The notes under the pieces: generated by a model
The model's input: the letters and a program-made list of their open reading frames with translations, nothing else
Database searches by the model: none
Told to the model about the DNA's origin: nothing
DNA from: an uncultured Christensenella sp.
GTDB taxonomy: Bacteria > Bacillota > Clostridia > Christensenellales > Borkfalkiaceae
Assembly (NCBI GenBank): GCA_949878495.1
Contig: CATLAR010000001.1
Location: 778 to 64,777 of the forward strand
DNA length: 64,000 nt
Direction of reading: 5' to 3'
Program-made: the position numbers and the translations under genes
In this document: positions 7,322-15,858 of the stretch, piece after piece
Layout of the letters: the number at the start of each line of letters is the position of its first letter
Numbering within the stretch: the stretch's first letter is position 1

Positions 7322-8917
7322 ATGGGAATTTTTATATCTGTACAAAAAACCGTAGAATGCGCCGTCGGCGCGGTATGCTTCGCCCTGCTTTTCGGCGGGT
7401 GCTGTTACCGCGTTCTGGGCATACTCCAATCGGTCGGCTACGACGGCAAAAAGTTTTTCGGCTGGACGAAAAAGAAGGGCAACCTTACTTTCGGCAAGCA
7501 CGTTTTGTTGATGCTCGCGTGCGCTTTAAGTTGCGCCGTGACAGGGCTGTGTTTCTCGTTCGCGGGGGAATATGCCGCGGTTTGCGCGCTTTCGGCGTAT
7601 CTTATTTTCTTTCCGCTCTTTATTTGGGCGGACAATAAAATCGCTCTGAGGATACCTCTTGCGTTCACGCCGCGCGTTAAACGCCTTTACGGAATACTTT
7701 GTTTCACCGTCGCGGTCGCGGCGTATCTGGCGTTCACTTTCCTCAACTTTGCCGACTTCGTCTGGGGCAACCGCATTTTCGGAATATTGAGATACGTTCC
7801 GCTGTCGCTGTTCCCTCTTCTGATAATTCCTTTCGTGCTGTTTGCGAACCTTGTTTCGAAAATTTACGAAACGCCCAAAAACAAGGGCTATATCAAAAAG
7901 GCGCGCGCGAAAATTGCTTCTTCGCAAATTCGCGTTATCGGCGTTACGGGCAGTTACGGCAAGACGAGCACAAAAAAAGTGCTCTGCGATATACTTTCGA
8001 AAAAATACCGTGTTCTGGCTACGCCGAGCTCCCACAACACGCCGCTGGGTCTTGCGCTTTCAATCAACTCCAACGAGCTGTCCGATTACGACTTTTTTAT
8101 AGCCGAGATGGGCGCGCGGCACGTCGGAGATATTGCCGAGCTTTGCGAAATCTGCCCGCCCGAAGTCGCGGTGATCACGGGGATATGTCCTCAGCACCTT
8201 GAAAGTTTCGGCTCGGAAGAAAACGTCGTCAAAGCCAAGGGCGAGATTTTGCTTGGCTGTAAATCCGCGGTAATTTCAGGCGACTGTTACGCGTTATTCG
8301 AGGCATATCCCTGCCCCAAATCGCGCGCGGAATGTGTAAGCGACCTTGAATGCGGTTGCGACGGAAGCGCTTTCACCCTCACGCTCGGCGGGGAAAGCGT
8401 TAAAACGCATACCAGACTTCTGGGCGCGCACGCCGTAGACAATATCGCGCTCGCGGCAACTGTGGCGCATTCGCTCGGTATGAGCTGTGCGGAAATCGCA
8501 GCCGCGGTGGAGGGGCTGGAGTTCGTTGAACATAGGTTGCAACTTATAAAGTCTGACGGGGTGAATATTCTTGACGACGGCTATAATTCAAATATTAAGG
8601 GCGCGGCTGCCGCGCTCGACGTTTTAAGGACTTTCGGAGGCAGGAAAATCGTCGTTACGCCCGGACTTGTCGAGCTTGGAATGCTCGAAGAGAGCGAAAA
8701 TTATAAACTCGGCGCAAGACTCGCGGGGCTTGACTTCGTAATTCTCGTGGGCGAAACGCTGATTGCGCCCGTCAAAAAGGGTTATCTTGAAAACGGCGGC
8801 GACGAGGGCAAACTCAAAGTCGTGCTCGGACTCGGCGCGGCGCAGGAAGAACTTAAAAAAGTGCTGCAAAAGGGCGACACGGTGCTGTTTTTAAACGACG
8901 TGCCTGATTGTTATTGA
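7322..8917 (+). CDS. murF: Mur ligase family protein, MurF-like (D-Ala-D-Ala adding enzyme), with an N-terminal multi-TM extension
   Basis: Mur ligase P-loop GVTGSYGKTSTKK at about residue 208, and a C-terminal Mur ligase domain (DDGYNSN). Lies directly upstream of ddl. The first ~180 aa are hydrophobic helices. Confidence 0.7.
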   Translation: MGIFISVQKTVECAVGAVCFALLFGGCCYRVLGILQSVGYDGKKFFGWTKKKGNLTFGKHVLLMLACALSCAVTGLCFSFAGEYAAVCALSAYLIFFPLFIWADNKIALRIPLAFTPRVKRLYGILCFTVAVAAYLAFTFLNFADFVWGNRIFGILRYVPLSLFPLLIIPFVLFANLVSKIYETPKNKGYIKKARAKIASSQIRVIGVTGSYGKTSTKKVLCDILSKKYRVLATPSSHNTPLGLALSINSNELSDYDFFIAEMGARHVGDIAELCEICPPEVAVITGICPQHLESFGSEENVVKAKGEILLGCKSAVISGDCYALFEAYPCPKSRAECVSDLECGCDGSAFTLTLGGESVKTHTRLLGAHAVDNIALAATVAHSLGMSCAEIAAAVEGLEFVEHRLQLIKSDGVNILDDGYNSNIKGAAAALDVLRTFGGRKIVVTPGLVELGMLEESENYKLGARLAGLDFVILVGETLIAPVKKGYLENGGDEGKLKVVLGLGAAQEELKKVLQKGDTVLFLNDVPDCY

Positions 8918-8922
8918 CGATT

Positions 8923-8968
8923 CTTGGCTTCCCCTTATGGGGAAGCTGCCGCACAAGCGGCTGACGAG
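8923..8968 (-). repeat. Copy G of the structured intergenic repeat family (inverted orientation)
   Basis: CTTGGCTTCCCC-TTAT-GGGGAAGC then GCCGC-ACAA-GCGGC then TGACGAG. Aligns to the reverse complement of copy D (31423-31479). Confidence 0.6.
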
Positions 8969-9019
8969 TTATTACCAAAGCTGAAATTAACGGTTGATTT
9001 AAGCGGAGGTAATTTTTTT

Positions 9020-10120
9020 ATGTCTAAAACTGTAATAGTGTTATTCGGCGGGACTTCCAACGAAAACGAAGTTTCCGTCATCACGGGCGTAATGGTTTGT
9101 AACGTCCTCAAAAACCGCGGCTTCGGCGTTTTGCCCGTCTATATCGCGCAAAACGGCTCGGCGTACACGGGCGCCAATCTATGCGATATTTCGTCGTTTA
9201 AGACCGAAGGGTACCTTGACTGTCCCCGCGCCGTCGTTGCCGACGGCGGTCTTTATACGCTCAACAAGCGCGGCAGGTTAAAAAAGTTCGTTCGCACGGA
9301 CGTTGCACTCAACTGCTGTCACGGCGGCAGGAGCGAGGGAGGCGCGTTGAGCGGGCTGTGCGCAGCGGCGGGGCTTCCCTTTGCAAGCGCGGGGATTTTC
9401 GAAAGTTCGGCGTTTATGAACAAGTATCTGACGAAAATCGTGCTCGGCGGGCTGGGCGTTAAAACGCTGGAATACGCGTATGTTAAGAGCGCTGAAGAAC
9501 TAAATACGTGCGGGAATATGCCGCAGTTTCCCGTTATCGTAAAGCCCGTAAACCTCGGTTCAAGCATAGGCGTGAGCCGCGCGGATAACGCCGAAGAGGC
9601 GCTTGAGGCGCTGGAATGCGCGTTGATGTACGACGAAGGCGCGATTATCGAGAAATACGTTGAAAACAGGCGTGAAATAAACTGCGCCGCGTACCTTTCG
9701 GACGGGCGGGTCGTTACTTCCGAATGCGAAGAGCCGTTGTCGGGCGGGGATATTTTCTCGTTCGAAGAGAAGTATCAGGGCGGCGCGAAGAGCGTGTTTC
9801 CCGCCGATATACCCCCTGATATGTCGCAATTAATCAAAAAAACTACGGCGGAAGTGTACGAAAAACTCGGAATGCGCGGCATAGTGCGCTTCGACTACAT
9901 AATCGACGGCGACGAAGTTTACGTCAGCGAAATAAACACCGTGCCGGGGTCGCTCGCCTATTATTTGCTGTCGGGCGGGTTCAAGGACTTCGGGCGGGTT
10001 CTGGACGGCGTGCTCGAACAAGCCGCCGCCGACTTCAAAGCCGAAAAGAGCAAAAAGCTGATAAAAACGGGGATACTAAAAAACGTTTCGGCAAACGCTT
10101 GTAAAACGGGTGTAAAATAA
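9020..10120 (+). CDS. ddl: D-alanine--D-alanine ligase
   Basis: MSKTVIVLFGGTSNENEVS start plus ATP-grasp motifs (EINTVPGS). RBS GGAGG 8 nt upstream of ATG 9020. Confidence 0.9.
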   Translation: MSKTVIVLFGGTSNENEVSVITGVMVCNVLKNRGFGVLPVYIAQNGSAYTGANLCDISSFKTEGYLDCPRAVVADGGLYTLNKRGRLKKFVRTDVALNCCHGGRSEGGALSGLCAAAGLPFASAGIFESSAFMNKYLTKIVLGGLGVKTLEYAYVKSAEELNTCGNMPQFPVIVKPVNLGSSIGVSRADNAEEALEALECALMYDEGAIIEKYVENRREINCAAYLSDGRVVTSECEEPLSGGDIFSFEEKYQGGAKSVFPADIPPDMSQLIKKTTAEVYEKLGMRGIVRFDYIIDGDEVYVSEINTVPGSLAYYLLSGGFKDFGRVLDGVLEQAAADFKAEKSKKLIKTGILKNVSANACKTGVK

Positions 10121-10134
10121 GCTATAATTCAGCT

Positions 10135-11340
10135 ATGGAAAGGATAAAAATGAGAGTGCCCGTCGTTGAAATGGACGGCGACGAAATGACGCGCGTGTTG
10201 TGGGGCTGGATAAAAGAGATACTTATAGAGCCTTACGTCGAGCTTAAAACGGAGTATTACGACCTCGGTCTGGTGCACAGAAACGAAACCGAAGATAAGG
10301 TGACCGAACTTGCCGCGCTTGCCGCGAAGAAGTACGGCGTTGCCGTCAAATGCGCAACGATTACGCCCAACGCGCAGAGGGTGGAAGAGTACTCGCTCAA
10401 AAAGGCGTGGAAGAGCCCTAACGGCACTATCCGCCGTATTCTCGACGGCACGGTGTTCCGCGCGCCAATTACGGTCAGGGGCGTTACGCCCTACGTTCCC
10501 GCGTGGAAAAAGCCTATCGTCGTCGCGCGCCACGCTTACGGCGATATTTACGACGCGGTGGAGGACTTCGCCGCGCAGGGCGAGAGCGTTTATCTCGTAG
10601 TCGAAAGGGACGGGAAAGAGGTCAGGCGCAAGCACATTCATACGTTCGGCGGCGCGGGCATAGTTCAGGGCGTGCATAATACCGACGCTTCCGTATCGGC
10701 GTTCGCGCGGTGCTGCTTCGGTTACGCGCTCGAGCATAAACTTGATATTTGGTTCGGTGCGAAAGACACGATTTCCAAGGTTTACGACCACCGTTTCAAA
10801 GATATTTTTGCGGAAATTTACCGCGACGAGTACGCGGACAAATTCGCGCGGGCGGGCATTACCTATAATTATACGCTGGTGGACGACGTGGTCGCGCGCG
10901 CGGTAAGGAGCGGCGGCGGGTTTTTGTGGGTGTGTAAAAATTACGACGGCGACGTTATGAGCGATATGGTCGCAACGGCGTACGGCTCGCTGGGAATGAT
11001 GACTTCGGCACTCGTTTCTCCCGACGGCGCGTACGAGTTCGAGGCGGCGCACGGCACGGTGACGAGGCATTATTACAAGCATTTGAAGGGGGAGGAGACT
11101 TCGACAAACCCCGTGGCTACTATCTTCGCCTGGACGGGTGCGCTGGCAAAACGCGGCGAGCTTGACGGAAACGCTCCGCTCGTTGAGTTTGCGCAAAAGC
11201 TTGAACGCGCAGTGCTTTCGACAATCGGGTCGGGGTATATGACGGGCGATCTGATACCGCTTTTCAGTCTTGACGGCGTAACTCCCGTCAAGCTCAACTC
11301 GCGGGAATTTTTGCTTAAAATAGCCGATAAACTTCGTTGA
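10135..11340 (+). CDS. icd: NADP-dependent isocitrate dehydrogenase (eukaryote-like subfamily II type)
   Basis: VVEMDGDEMTRV, ITPNAQRVEEY and NYDGDVMSD motifs. The alternative start ATG 10150 has a better RBS. Confidence 0.9.
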   Translation: MERIKMRVPVVEMDGDEMTRVLWGWIKEILIEPYVELKTEYYDLGLVHRNETEDKVTELAALAAKKYGVAVKCATITPNAQRVEEYSLKKAWKSPNGTIRRILDGTVFRAPITVRGVTPYVPAWKKPIVVARHAYGDIYDAVEDFAAQGESVYLVVERDGKEVRRKHIHTFGGAGIVQGVHNTDASVSAFARCCFGYALEHKLDIWFGAKDTISKVYDHRFKDIFAEIYRDEYADKFARAGITYNYTLVDDVVARAVRSGGGFLWVCKNYDGDVMSDMVATAYGSLGMMTSALVSPDGAYEFEAAHGTVTRHYYKHLKGEETSTNPVATIFAWTGALAKRGELDGNAPLVEFAQKLERAVLSTIGSGYMTGDLIPLFSLDGVTPVKLNSREFLLKIADKLR

Positions 11341-11346
11341 ATAAAC

Positions 11347-11383
11347 AGTAATCGGGGCGCCGAAAGGCGCCCCGATTATTACT
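11347..11383 (+). terminator. Intrinsic terminator after icd
   Basis: AATCGGGGCGCC-GAAA-GGCGCCCCGATT followed by a T-rich tail. Confidence 0.8.
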
Positions 11384-11487
11384 AATCTATATAAGTGTGT
11401 GTTATTAAAGAATATTCGCCGCCCTTGCGGCGTTTTTTATGAAAAAGCTGTATTCCGTTTTCAAATCAGTAGATAATAATACTATAA

Positions 11488-11530
11488 TCTACATATTTGT
11501 AGAAGTCAAGAAAAATCTACAAATTTGTAT
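11488..11530 (+). promoter_or_regulatory. Two operator-like sites overlapping the promoter of the small XRE gene
   Basis: TCTACAtattTGTAGA (11488-11503) and TCTACAaattTGTAT (11516-11530). TATAAT boxes at 11483-11488 and 11531-11536. Confidence 0.55.
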
Positions 11531-11555
11531 TATAATTTTTTCTCAGGGACGAAAA

Positions 11556-11759
11556 ATGAGGAATTACGGCGAAGAACTCAGGTATCAAAGAAAAAAGAGG
11601 AATAAAACGTTGAAACAGGTTGAATCCGAAACGGGTATAAGCAACGCCAATCTCAGCAGATGGGAAAGCGGAAAAGTTTTGCCCAATATAGATTTTTGCG
11701 TTATTCTGGCGGATTATTACGGTATTCCGCTTGACGAATTAATAGGAAGAGAAATATAA
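11556..11759 (+). CDS. Small XRE-family HTH regulator (67 aa)
   Basis: Cro/C1 HTH (KTLKQVESETGISNANLSRWESG). The upstream part of the 106-aa ORF is AT-rich promoter sequence. Confidence 0.75.
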   Translation: MRNYGEELRYQRKKRNKTLKQVESETGISNANLSRWESGKVLPNIDFCVILADYYGIPLDELIGREI

Positions 11760-11791
11760 AAGAGCGCGTTGCCGAAAGCAACGCGCTCTTT

Positions 11792-12445
11792 TTACGCTTC
11801 GTCGGGTTTGGGTGAGGGGGCGGACTCGGAGGCGTTTTCGGCAACGCGCGTACGCTCTCGGCTGAGAATTTCGCTTTCGAAATCCGGCAGAAGTCGGGCG
11901 TTAATAAGTTGCTTTTTCAGGCGGCATACGTAGCAAATAACTATCGCAACGCCTACGCCTACGACTTCTTGTAAAACGTTTGCAGGCATTTTCATAACCG
12001 CAACTGCGGGCGCCAAACCTTCCCATGTAATGCGCTTGATAAAATACCCCAGAATTACTATCAGAGCGGGCAATATGCTTGAAATAAGCGCTATTATAAG
12101 CTCTCTTTTATCGCTGCGGGCTTTGTTGAAAAACCTTCTCAGCATAGCGAAAATGAACGATGCGGCGCAGCCTTGCAAACCGTGTATAAGCAACGACGGC
12201 AACGCGTTGTAAGCCGTGCCGTTAATGCCGAAAAGGTCAAAGAACGTCGTGCCCACGCCGCCGACTATCGCCGCACTGAGCGGGTCCATAAGATACGCCG
12301 CGGTGTAAATGGCAAAGTCGCACCAATAAATTTTGCCCGTCAAAACGGGTATGCCCGGCACGTAGCCCATCGCCACTACCAAAGCCGTCAAAAGCGCGGT
12401 GTAGGTTATCCATTTCGTGGTAAAAAGTAACTTTTTGTTTTTCAT
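11792..12445 (-). CDS. ECF transporter S-component-like membrane protein (substrate unknown, vitamin B6-related suggested only by context)
   Basis: Roughly six hydrophobic helices in the style of an ECF S-component. Divergent from a MocR/PdxR-type regulator. ATG 12445 is preferred over TTG 12463. Confidence 0.55.
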   Translation of the reverse strand: MKNKKLLFTTKWITYTALLTALVVAMGYVPGIPVLTGKIYWCDFAIYTAAYLMDPLSAAIVGGVGTTFFDLFGINGTAYNALPSLLIHGLQGCAASFIFAMLRRFFNKARSDKRELIIALISSILPALIVILGYFIKRITWEGLAPAVAVMKMPANVLQEVVGVGVAIVICYVCRLKKQLINARLLPDFESEILSRERTRVAENASESAPSPKPDEA

Positions 12446-12506
12446 TGAAAACACTTCCGTCAAATTATTTCTTGACTATTATACTATATAGGTGGTAATA
12501 TGTTTG

Positions 12507-12523
12507 TAATCAATTTTTGATTA
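12507..12523. promoter_or_regulatory. Palindrome in the divergent promoter region (candidate MocR operator)
   Basis: TAATCAA-ttt-TTGATTA, perfect 7-bp arms. Confidence 0.4.
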
Positions 12524-12566
12524 TTTTATAATACCAGAATGTATTCGCAAAAATAAAAAGGACAAT

Positions 12567-13886
12567 ATGTTTGAATTCGAGCTTACCGAAAATAAATATT
12601 ATACGCTGTACGAAAATATCCGCGGCGAAATTCTTCGCGGCAAGGTAAGGGCGGGCGAAAAACTGCCTTCAAAGCGCGCGCTTGCCGAAAGCCTCGGCGT
12701 GAGCGTGGTCACAGTTCAGCTTGCGTACGAACAGCTCGCCGCGGAGGGGTATATTTACAGCAAGGAACGCAGCGGTTATTTCGTCGAAAACGTGGCGGTG
12801 CAGAGCGCGCCGCGTTCCTCGCCGCTCCGTCAAACACCGCAGCCGCCCGTAAAATTCAAGGTCGATCTCGTAAAAGGCAGCGTGCCCGCGCGGCTATTCC
12901 CGTTTGCCACCTGGGCGCGGCTTATGCGGTTCGTTCTTGCCGATTGCGGCGAGCATTTGCTCGAACGCGTGCCCTGCGACGGCGACGTCGAATTGAAATG
13001 CGCGCTTTCCGAATACCTTTACCGCGCGAGGGGTATGGACGTAGACCCGCGCTATATAATAGTCGGCGCGGGGTCTGAGTATCTCTACGGCGTTATCGTG
13101 CAACTGCTCGGCAGAGACAGGCTGTACGCCGTAGAAAACCCGGGCTACGGCAAAATTTCGGCTACTTACGCTTTAAACGGCGCGAAATGGGTTGCCGTGA
13201 ACGTCGGGGAAAAGGGAATGGACGTGGACGCGCTCGCAGAAAGCGGCGCGACCGTTGCGCACGTTTCGCCCTCGCACCAATTTCCCACGGGCGAGGTAAT
13301 GCCCGTTACACAACGCCTTAAACTGATCGCTTGGGCGAAAGAGAAGGGCGGCTACGTCGTCGAGGACGATTACGATAGCGAATTCAGGCTCGCGGGAAAG
13401 CCCTTGCAGAGCACTTACGGGCTGTGCCCCGAGCGCGTGATTTATATGAACACCTTTTCCAAGAGTCTTGCGCCGTCAATGAGGCTGGGGTATATGGTTC
13501 TGCCGCCCGCGCTCTACGAAGAGTATCTGAATGCGTTTTCGGGCGTTGCCAACACCGTGCCGCTGTTCGAGCAGAAAGCGCTTGCCGCAATGCTGGGCGG
13601 CGGGTATTTCGAGCGGCATATTTCAAGAATGCGCAATTACTATAAGGGCGTTCGCAAGAAATTGCTTGAACGGCTTGAGGGCGTGTGCGAGGTTAGCGAC
13701 ACGGGCAGCGGACTGCACGTCACCGCCAAATTTCCGGACGCAGCCGACGACGGTGAAATAAAGGCGCGCGCCGCTGCGGCGGGGGTGAATATAAAGTGCC
13801 TTTCGGATTACCTGCTCGCGCCTATGGCGGGAGTGGAAAAACGCGCCGTTATCAATTATTCGGGGCTGGACGCGGATAATATGTAA
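12567..13886 (+). CDS. MocR/PdxR-family regulator (GntR HTH fused to an aminotransferase class I fold)
   Basis: N-terminal GntR wHTH (LPSKRALAESLGVSVVTVQLAYEQL) and a C-terminal PLP-fold domain (MNTFSKSLAPSMRLGY). Confidence 0.85.
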   Translation: MFEFELTENKYYTLYENIRGEILRGKVRAGEKLPSKRALAESLGVSVVTVQLAYEQLAAEGYIYSKERSGYFVENVAVQSAPRSSPLRQTPQPPVKFKVDLVKGSVPARLFPFATWARLMRFVLADCGEHLLERVPCDGDVELKCALSEYLYRARGMDVDPRYIIVGAGSEYLYGVIVQLLGRDRLYAVENPGYGKISATYALNGAKWVAVNVGEKGMDVDALAESGATVAHVSPSHQFPTGEVMPVTQRLKLIAWAKEKGGYVVEDDYDSEFRLAGKPLQSTYGLCPERVIYMNTFSKSLAPSMRLGYMVLPPALYEEYLNAFSGVANTVPLFEQKALAAMLGGGYFERHISRMRNYYKGVRKKLLERLEGVCEVSDTGSGLHVTAKFPDAADDGEIKARAAAAGVNIKCLSDYLLAPMAGVEKRAVINYSGLDADNM

Positions 13887-13893
13887 ATGAAAA

Positions 13894-13927
13894 GCGGTGA
13901 CGGAATTTTTCCGTCACCGCGTCTTTT
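13894..13927. terminator. Bidirectional intrinsic terminator
   Basis: GCGGTGACGGA-loop-TCCGTCACCGC with T-runs on both strands. Serves the MocR gene (+) and the peptide operon (-). Confidence 0.85.
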
Positions 13928-13938
13928 GCGATAATTTT

Positions 13939-14043
13939 TTAGAATCTGTTGACGTTTAACGCAAGGAAGCAAGCGTACATAGTAACGAAGTCGTTGAAAT
14001 TCTTGTTTTCTTCTCTTTCGCTTCCATTTTCAAAATAGAACAT
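13939..14043 (-). CDS. Small peptide B, 34 aa (MFYFENGSEREENKNFNDFVTMYACFLALNVNRF)
   Basis: ATG preceded by AAGGAGtaaaAGGAGtaaaatt. Paralogous to peptide A. Not in the ORF track because it is shorter than 60 aa. Confidence 0.5.
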   Translation of the reverse strand: MFYFENGSEREENKNFNDFVTMYACFLALNVNRF

Positions 14044-14103
14044 AATTTTACTCCTTTTACTCCTTAATAAATATTTCTATCTTTTTCCCTGTTTTCGTGA
14101 AGT

Positions 14104-14199
14104 TTATCTCGCGCAGTTCAGCGCTACGTAGCTGAGGCACGAAACGCCGTATTCCGTTAAGCTTTCATCTAACTCGTTCAATTCGTCATAAATATACAT
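14104..14199 (-). CDS. Small peptide A, 31 aa (MYIYDELNELDESLTEYGVSCLSYVALNCAR); alternative starts at 14205 and 14286
   Basis: AAGGAGG lies 8 nt upstream of ATG 14199. The predicted promoter -10 lies inside the 60-aa version of the ORF, which favours the short form. Confidence 0.5.
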   Translation of the reverse strand: MYIYDELNELDESLTEYGVSCLSYVALNCAR

Positions 14200-14276
14200 T
14201 TCCATAACCTCCTTGTCGCTTATTTTATCGTCGCGGTTTCGGCGGTTATCCGCCTTCGAACCTTGATTTCGCTTGT

Positions 14277-14305
14277 AGTATATCATTAACCTTCGTGTTA
14301 GTCAA
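14277..14305 (-). promoter_or_regulatory. Promoter of the two-peptide operon
   Basis: On the minus strand: TTGACT (14300-14305), 17-nt spacer, TATACT (14277-14282). Confidence 0.6.
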
Positions 14306-14424
14306 TAACATTTCAATAAATTTTTAAAATTGATTTTTTGTTATTTTCTAACAATAATTTATGTTAATACCGATAATTTTTGTGAATTTAACGGGTTATA
14401 TTTTTAAAGAAGAAAGAAAATAAC

Positions 14425-14450
14425 AAAATTAACATTTTATTGTTAATTTT
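14425..14450. promoter_or_regulatory. Perfect 10-bp inverted repeat in the AT-rich upstream region
   Basis: AAAATTAACA-ttttat-TGTTAATTTT. Further TTGTTA/TAACAA half-sites occur between 14300 and 14450. Confidence 0.45.
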
Positions 14451-14546
14451 ATCAAACGCCGCGCTGGGAATGTTAAATACTATAAAAACGCCTGAAAATT
14501 ACTAACTTTAACACCTGAATTATCTATGAATAATATAATTTTATGC

Positions 14547-14585
14547 AAAAATAAAAGCGACGGACTGCCGAAGCTCGTCCGCCGC
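14547..14585 (-). terminator. Intrinsic terminator of the M23 peptidase gene
   Basis: On the minus strand: GCGGCGGAC-loop-GTCCGTCGC followed by TTTTATTTTT. Confidence 0.75.
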
Positions 14586-14600
14586 CAAGGGGGGGCTTGA

Positions 14601-15254
14601 TTATTTGGAAATGATGTCAAGGTAATCGTCGGGGTCCTGCATAACGTTGTTTTTAAGCACTTCGAAATGGAGGTGGTCGCCGTGGGCGTTTTCAACGCCG
14701 GTCGCCGTTGCTACGGTGCCGATAACGGTGCCGCGGTCGATTTTATCTCCCGCCTTGAGGTTTTCCTTGGGGGTGATGAATTTGTAAACGGTGGTAACGC
14801 CGTCCGCGTGTTCGATTGTTACGACTGCGCCGTAGAGTTCGTCGCGGTTGGAAACGCTCTTGACGGTGCCGTCAACCGCTGCGTAGACTTCGGTTCCCGC
14901 CGCGCAGGAGAAGTCCATACCTTCGTGCAGGCAGTATCTGTCAAGCGTCTTGTCGTAGTAGAATACGTGCGCCTGCGACAGGTTTACGTCCTTTACGGGT
15001 ACGATAAACTCGTACTGCGAGTTCGTAGGTTTGTCGGGCTGTTCTTCGTCGCCGTCGTCGGGCTCTTTGCCGTCGTCGGGATTCTTGTCGCCGTCGGGCG
15101 CTTCGATGGAGGGAGGCGCGACGACCGAGTTAGCGCGGACCGCGAATACGATGCCGACGGTTATGCCCGCTATCACTAAGAGGCAAGCCGCCAAAACGAG
15201 GTAATACGTTAAAATTTTCTTCTTGGTAGGTTTGGTTTTTTCTGTGTTTTTCAT
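14601..15254 (-). CDS. M23 family metallopeptidase with an N-terminal membrane anchor
   Basis: HEGMDF, GTEVYAAVDGTV and GDHLHFEV motifs. ATG 15254 is preceded by AAGGAG. Confidence 0.85.
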   Translation of the reverse strand: MKNTEKTKPTKKKILTYYLVLAACLLVIAGITVGIVFAVRANSVVAPPSIEAPDGDKNPDDGKEPDDGDEEQPDKPTNSQYEFIVPVKDVNLSQAHVFYYDKTLDRYCLHEGMDFSCAAGTEVYAAVDGTVKSVSNRDELYGAVVTIEHADGVTTVYKFITPKENLKAGDKIDRGTVIGTVATATGVENAHGDHLHFEVLKNNVMQDPDDYLDIISK

Positions 15255-15301
15255 TTTAAAACTCCTTATTTTATTTTTTTGACGGCATTTCTGCCTTTTA
15301 T

Positions 15302-15721
15302 TCAGTAGCCGCCGAAAATTATCGGCGAAGCCGCTCTTGCGTTCCCGCCCCGCACACAAACGTGCAGGTTTATGGTTTTACCGTATAAGTTGACCGAATA
15401 AGGAAGGTTGGCCGTGCAGTAGTAGTTGACGCCGCCGTCAAGTTCTTCGGTGAAAACCACTTCCGCGCCGTACGCGCTTAAAAAGCCGTCAAGGTCGAAG
15501 TTTTCAAAGTCGACGCTTTCGCCGCAAATATTTTTAAGCCGCAGTTTTTCCGCCGCGGGGCTTATCGTTGCGGTTACGGTTTTGCAGTCGGCAGAGCTCG
15601 TTCCGCAGTAGAACGTGTAGTTGCCGCCGTCTTCGAAACACGGTTTTACAGGCAACGCGCCCGCCGCCGCTGTAATAAGCAGTGCCGAGAGCGTCAGTAA
15701 AAGCATTTTAAGTGCGCGCAT
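15302..15721 (-). CDS. Hypothetical exported protein (signal peptide)
   Basis: MRALKMLLLTLSALLITAAAGA signal-like N-terminus. GGAGG RBS before ATG 15721. Confidence 0.55.
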   Translation of the reverse strand: MRALKMLLLTLSALLITAAAGALPVKPCFEDGGNYTFYCGTSSADCKTVTATISPAAEKLRLKNICGESVDFENFDLDGFLSAYGAEVVFTEELDGGVNYYCTANLPYSVNLYGKTINLHVCVRGGNARAASPIIFGGY

Positions 15722-15808
15722 ATGCTCCCCTCCTTTTTTTATTGACAGAGGAGTTATTGACTTATTTGAAAAGTTTATACCACGGTTTGAAAAAATTTTT
15801 TGCAAACT

Positions 15809-15839
15809 AAAAGCGCACGCTTTTTTTGCGTGCGCTTTT
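15809..15839 (-). terminator. Intrinsic terminator after the corA/zinc-ribbon operon
   Basis: AAAAGCGCACGC-TTTTTTT-GCGTGCGCTTTT. Confidence 0.8.
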
Positions 15840-15858
15840 AAGAATTATTATTTACAGA

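Noticed and set aside
8924-9019. N-terminal 32-codon extension of ddl
   Set aside because: The extension is made of the intergenic repeat/hairpin (copy G). ATG 9020 has a GGAGG RBS and yields the canonical MSKTVIVLFGG Ddl N-terminus.
14104-14286. 60-aa version of the peptide A ORF
   Set aside because: The predicted TTGACT-17-TATACT promoter places its -10 inside this ORF, downstream of its ATG. The strong AAGGAGG lies before the internal ATG. The long form is kept only as an alternative.
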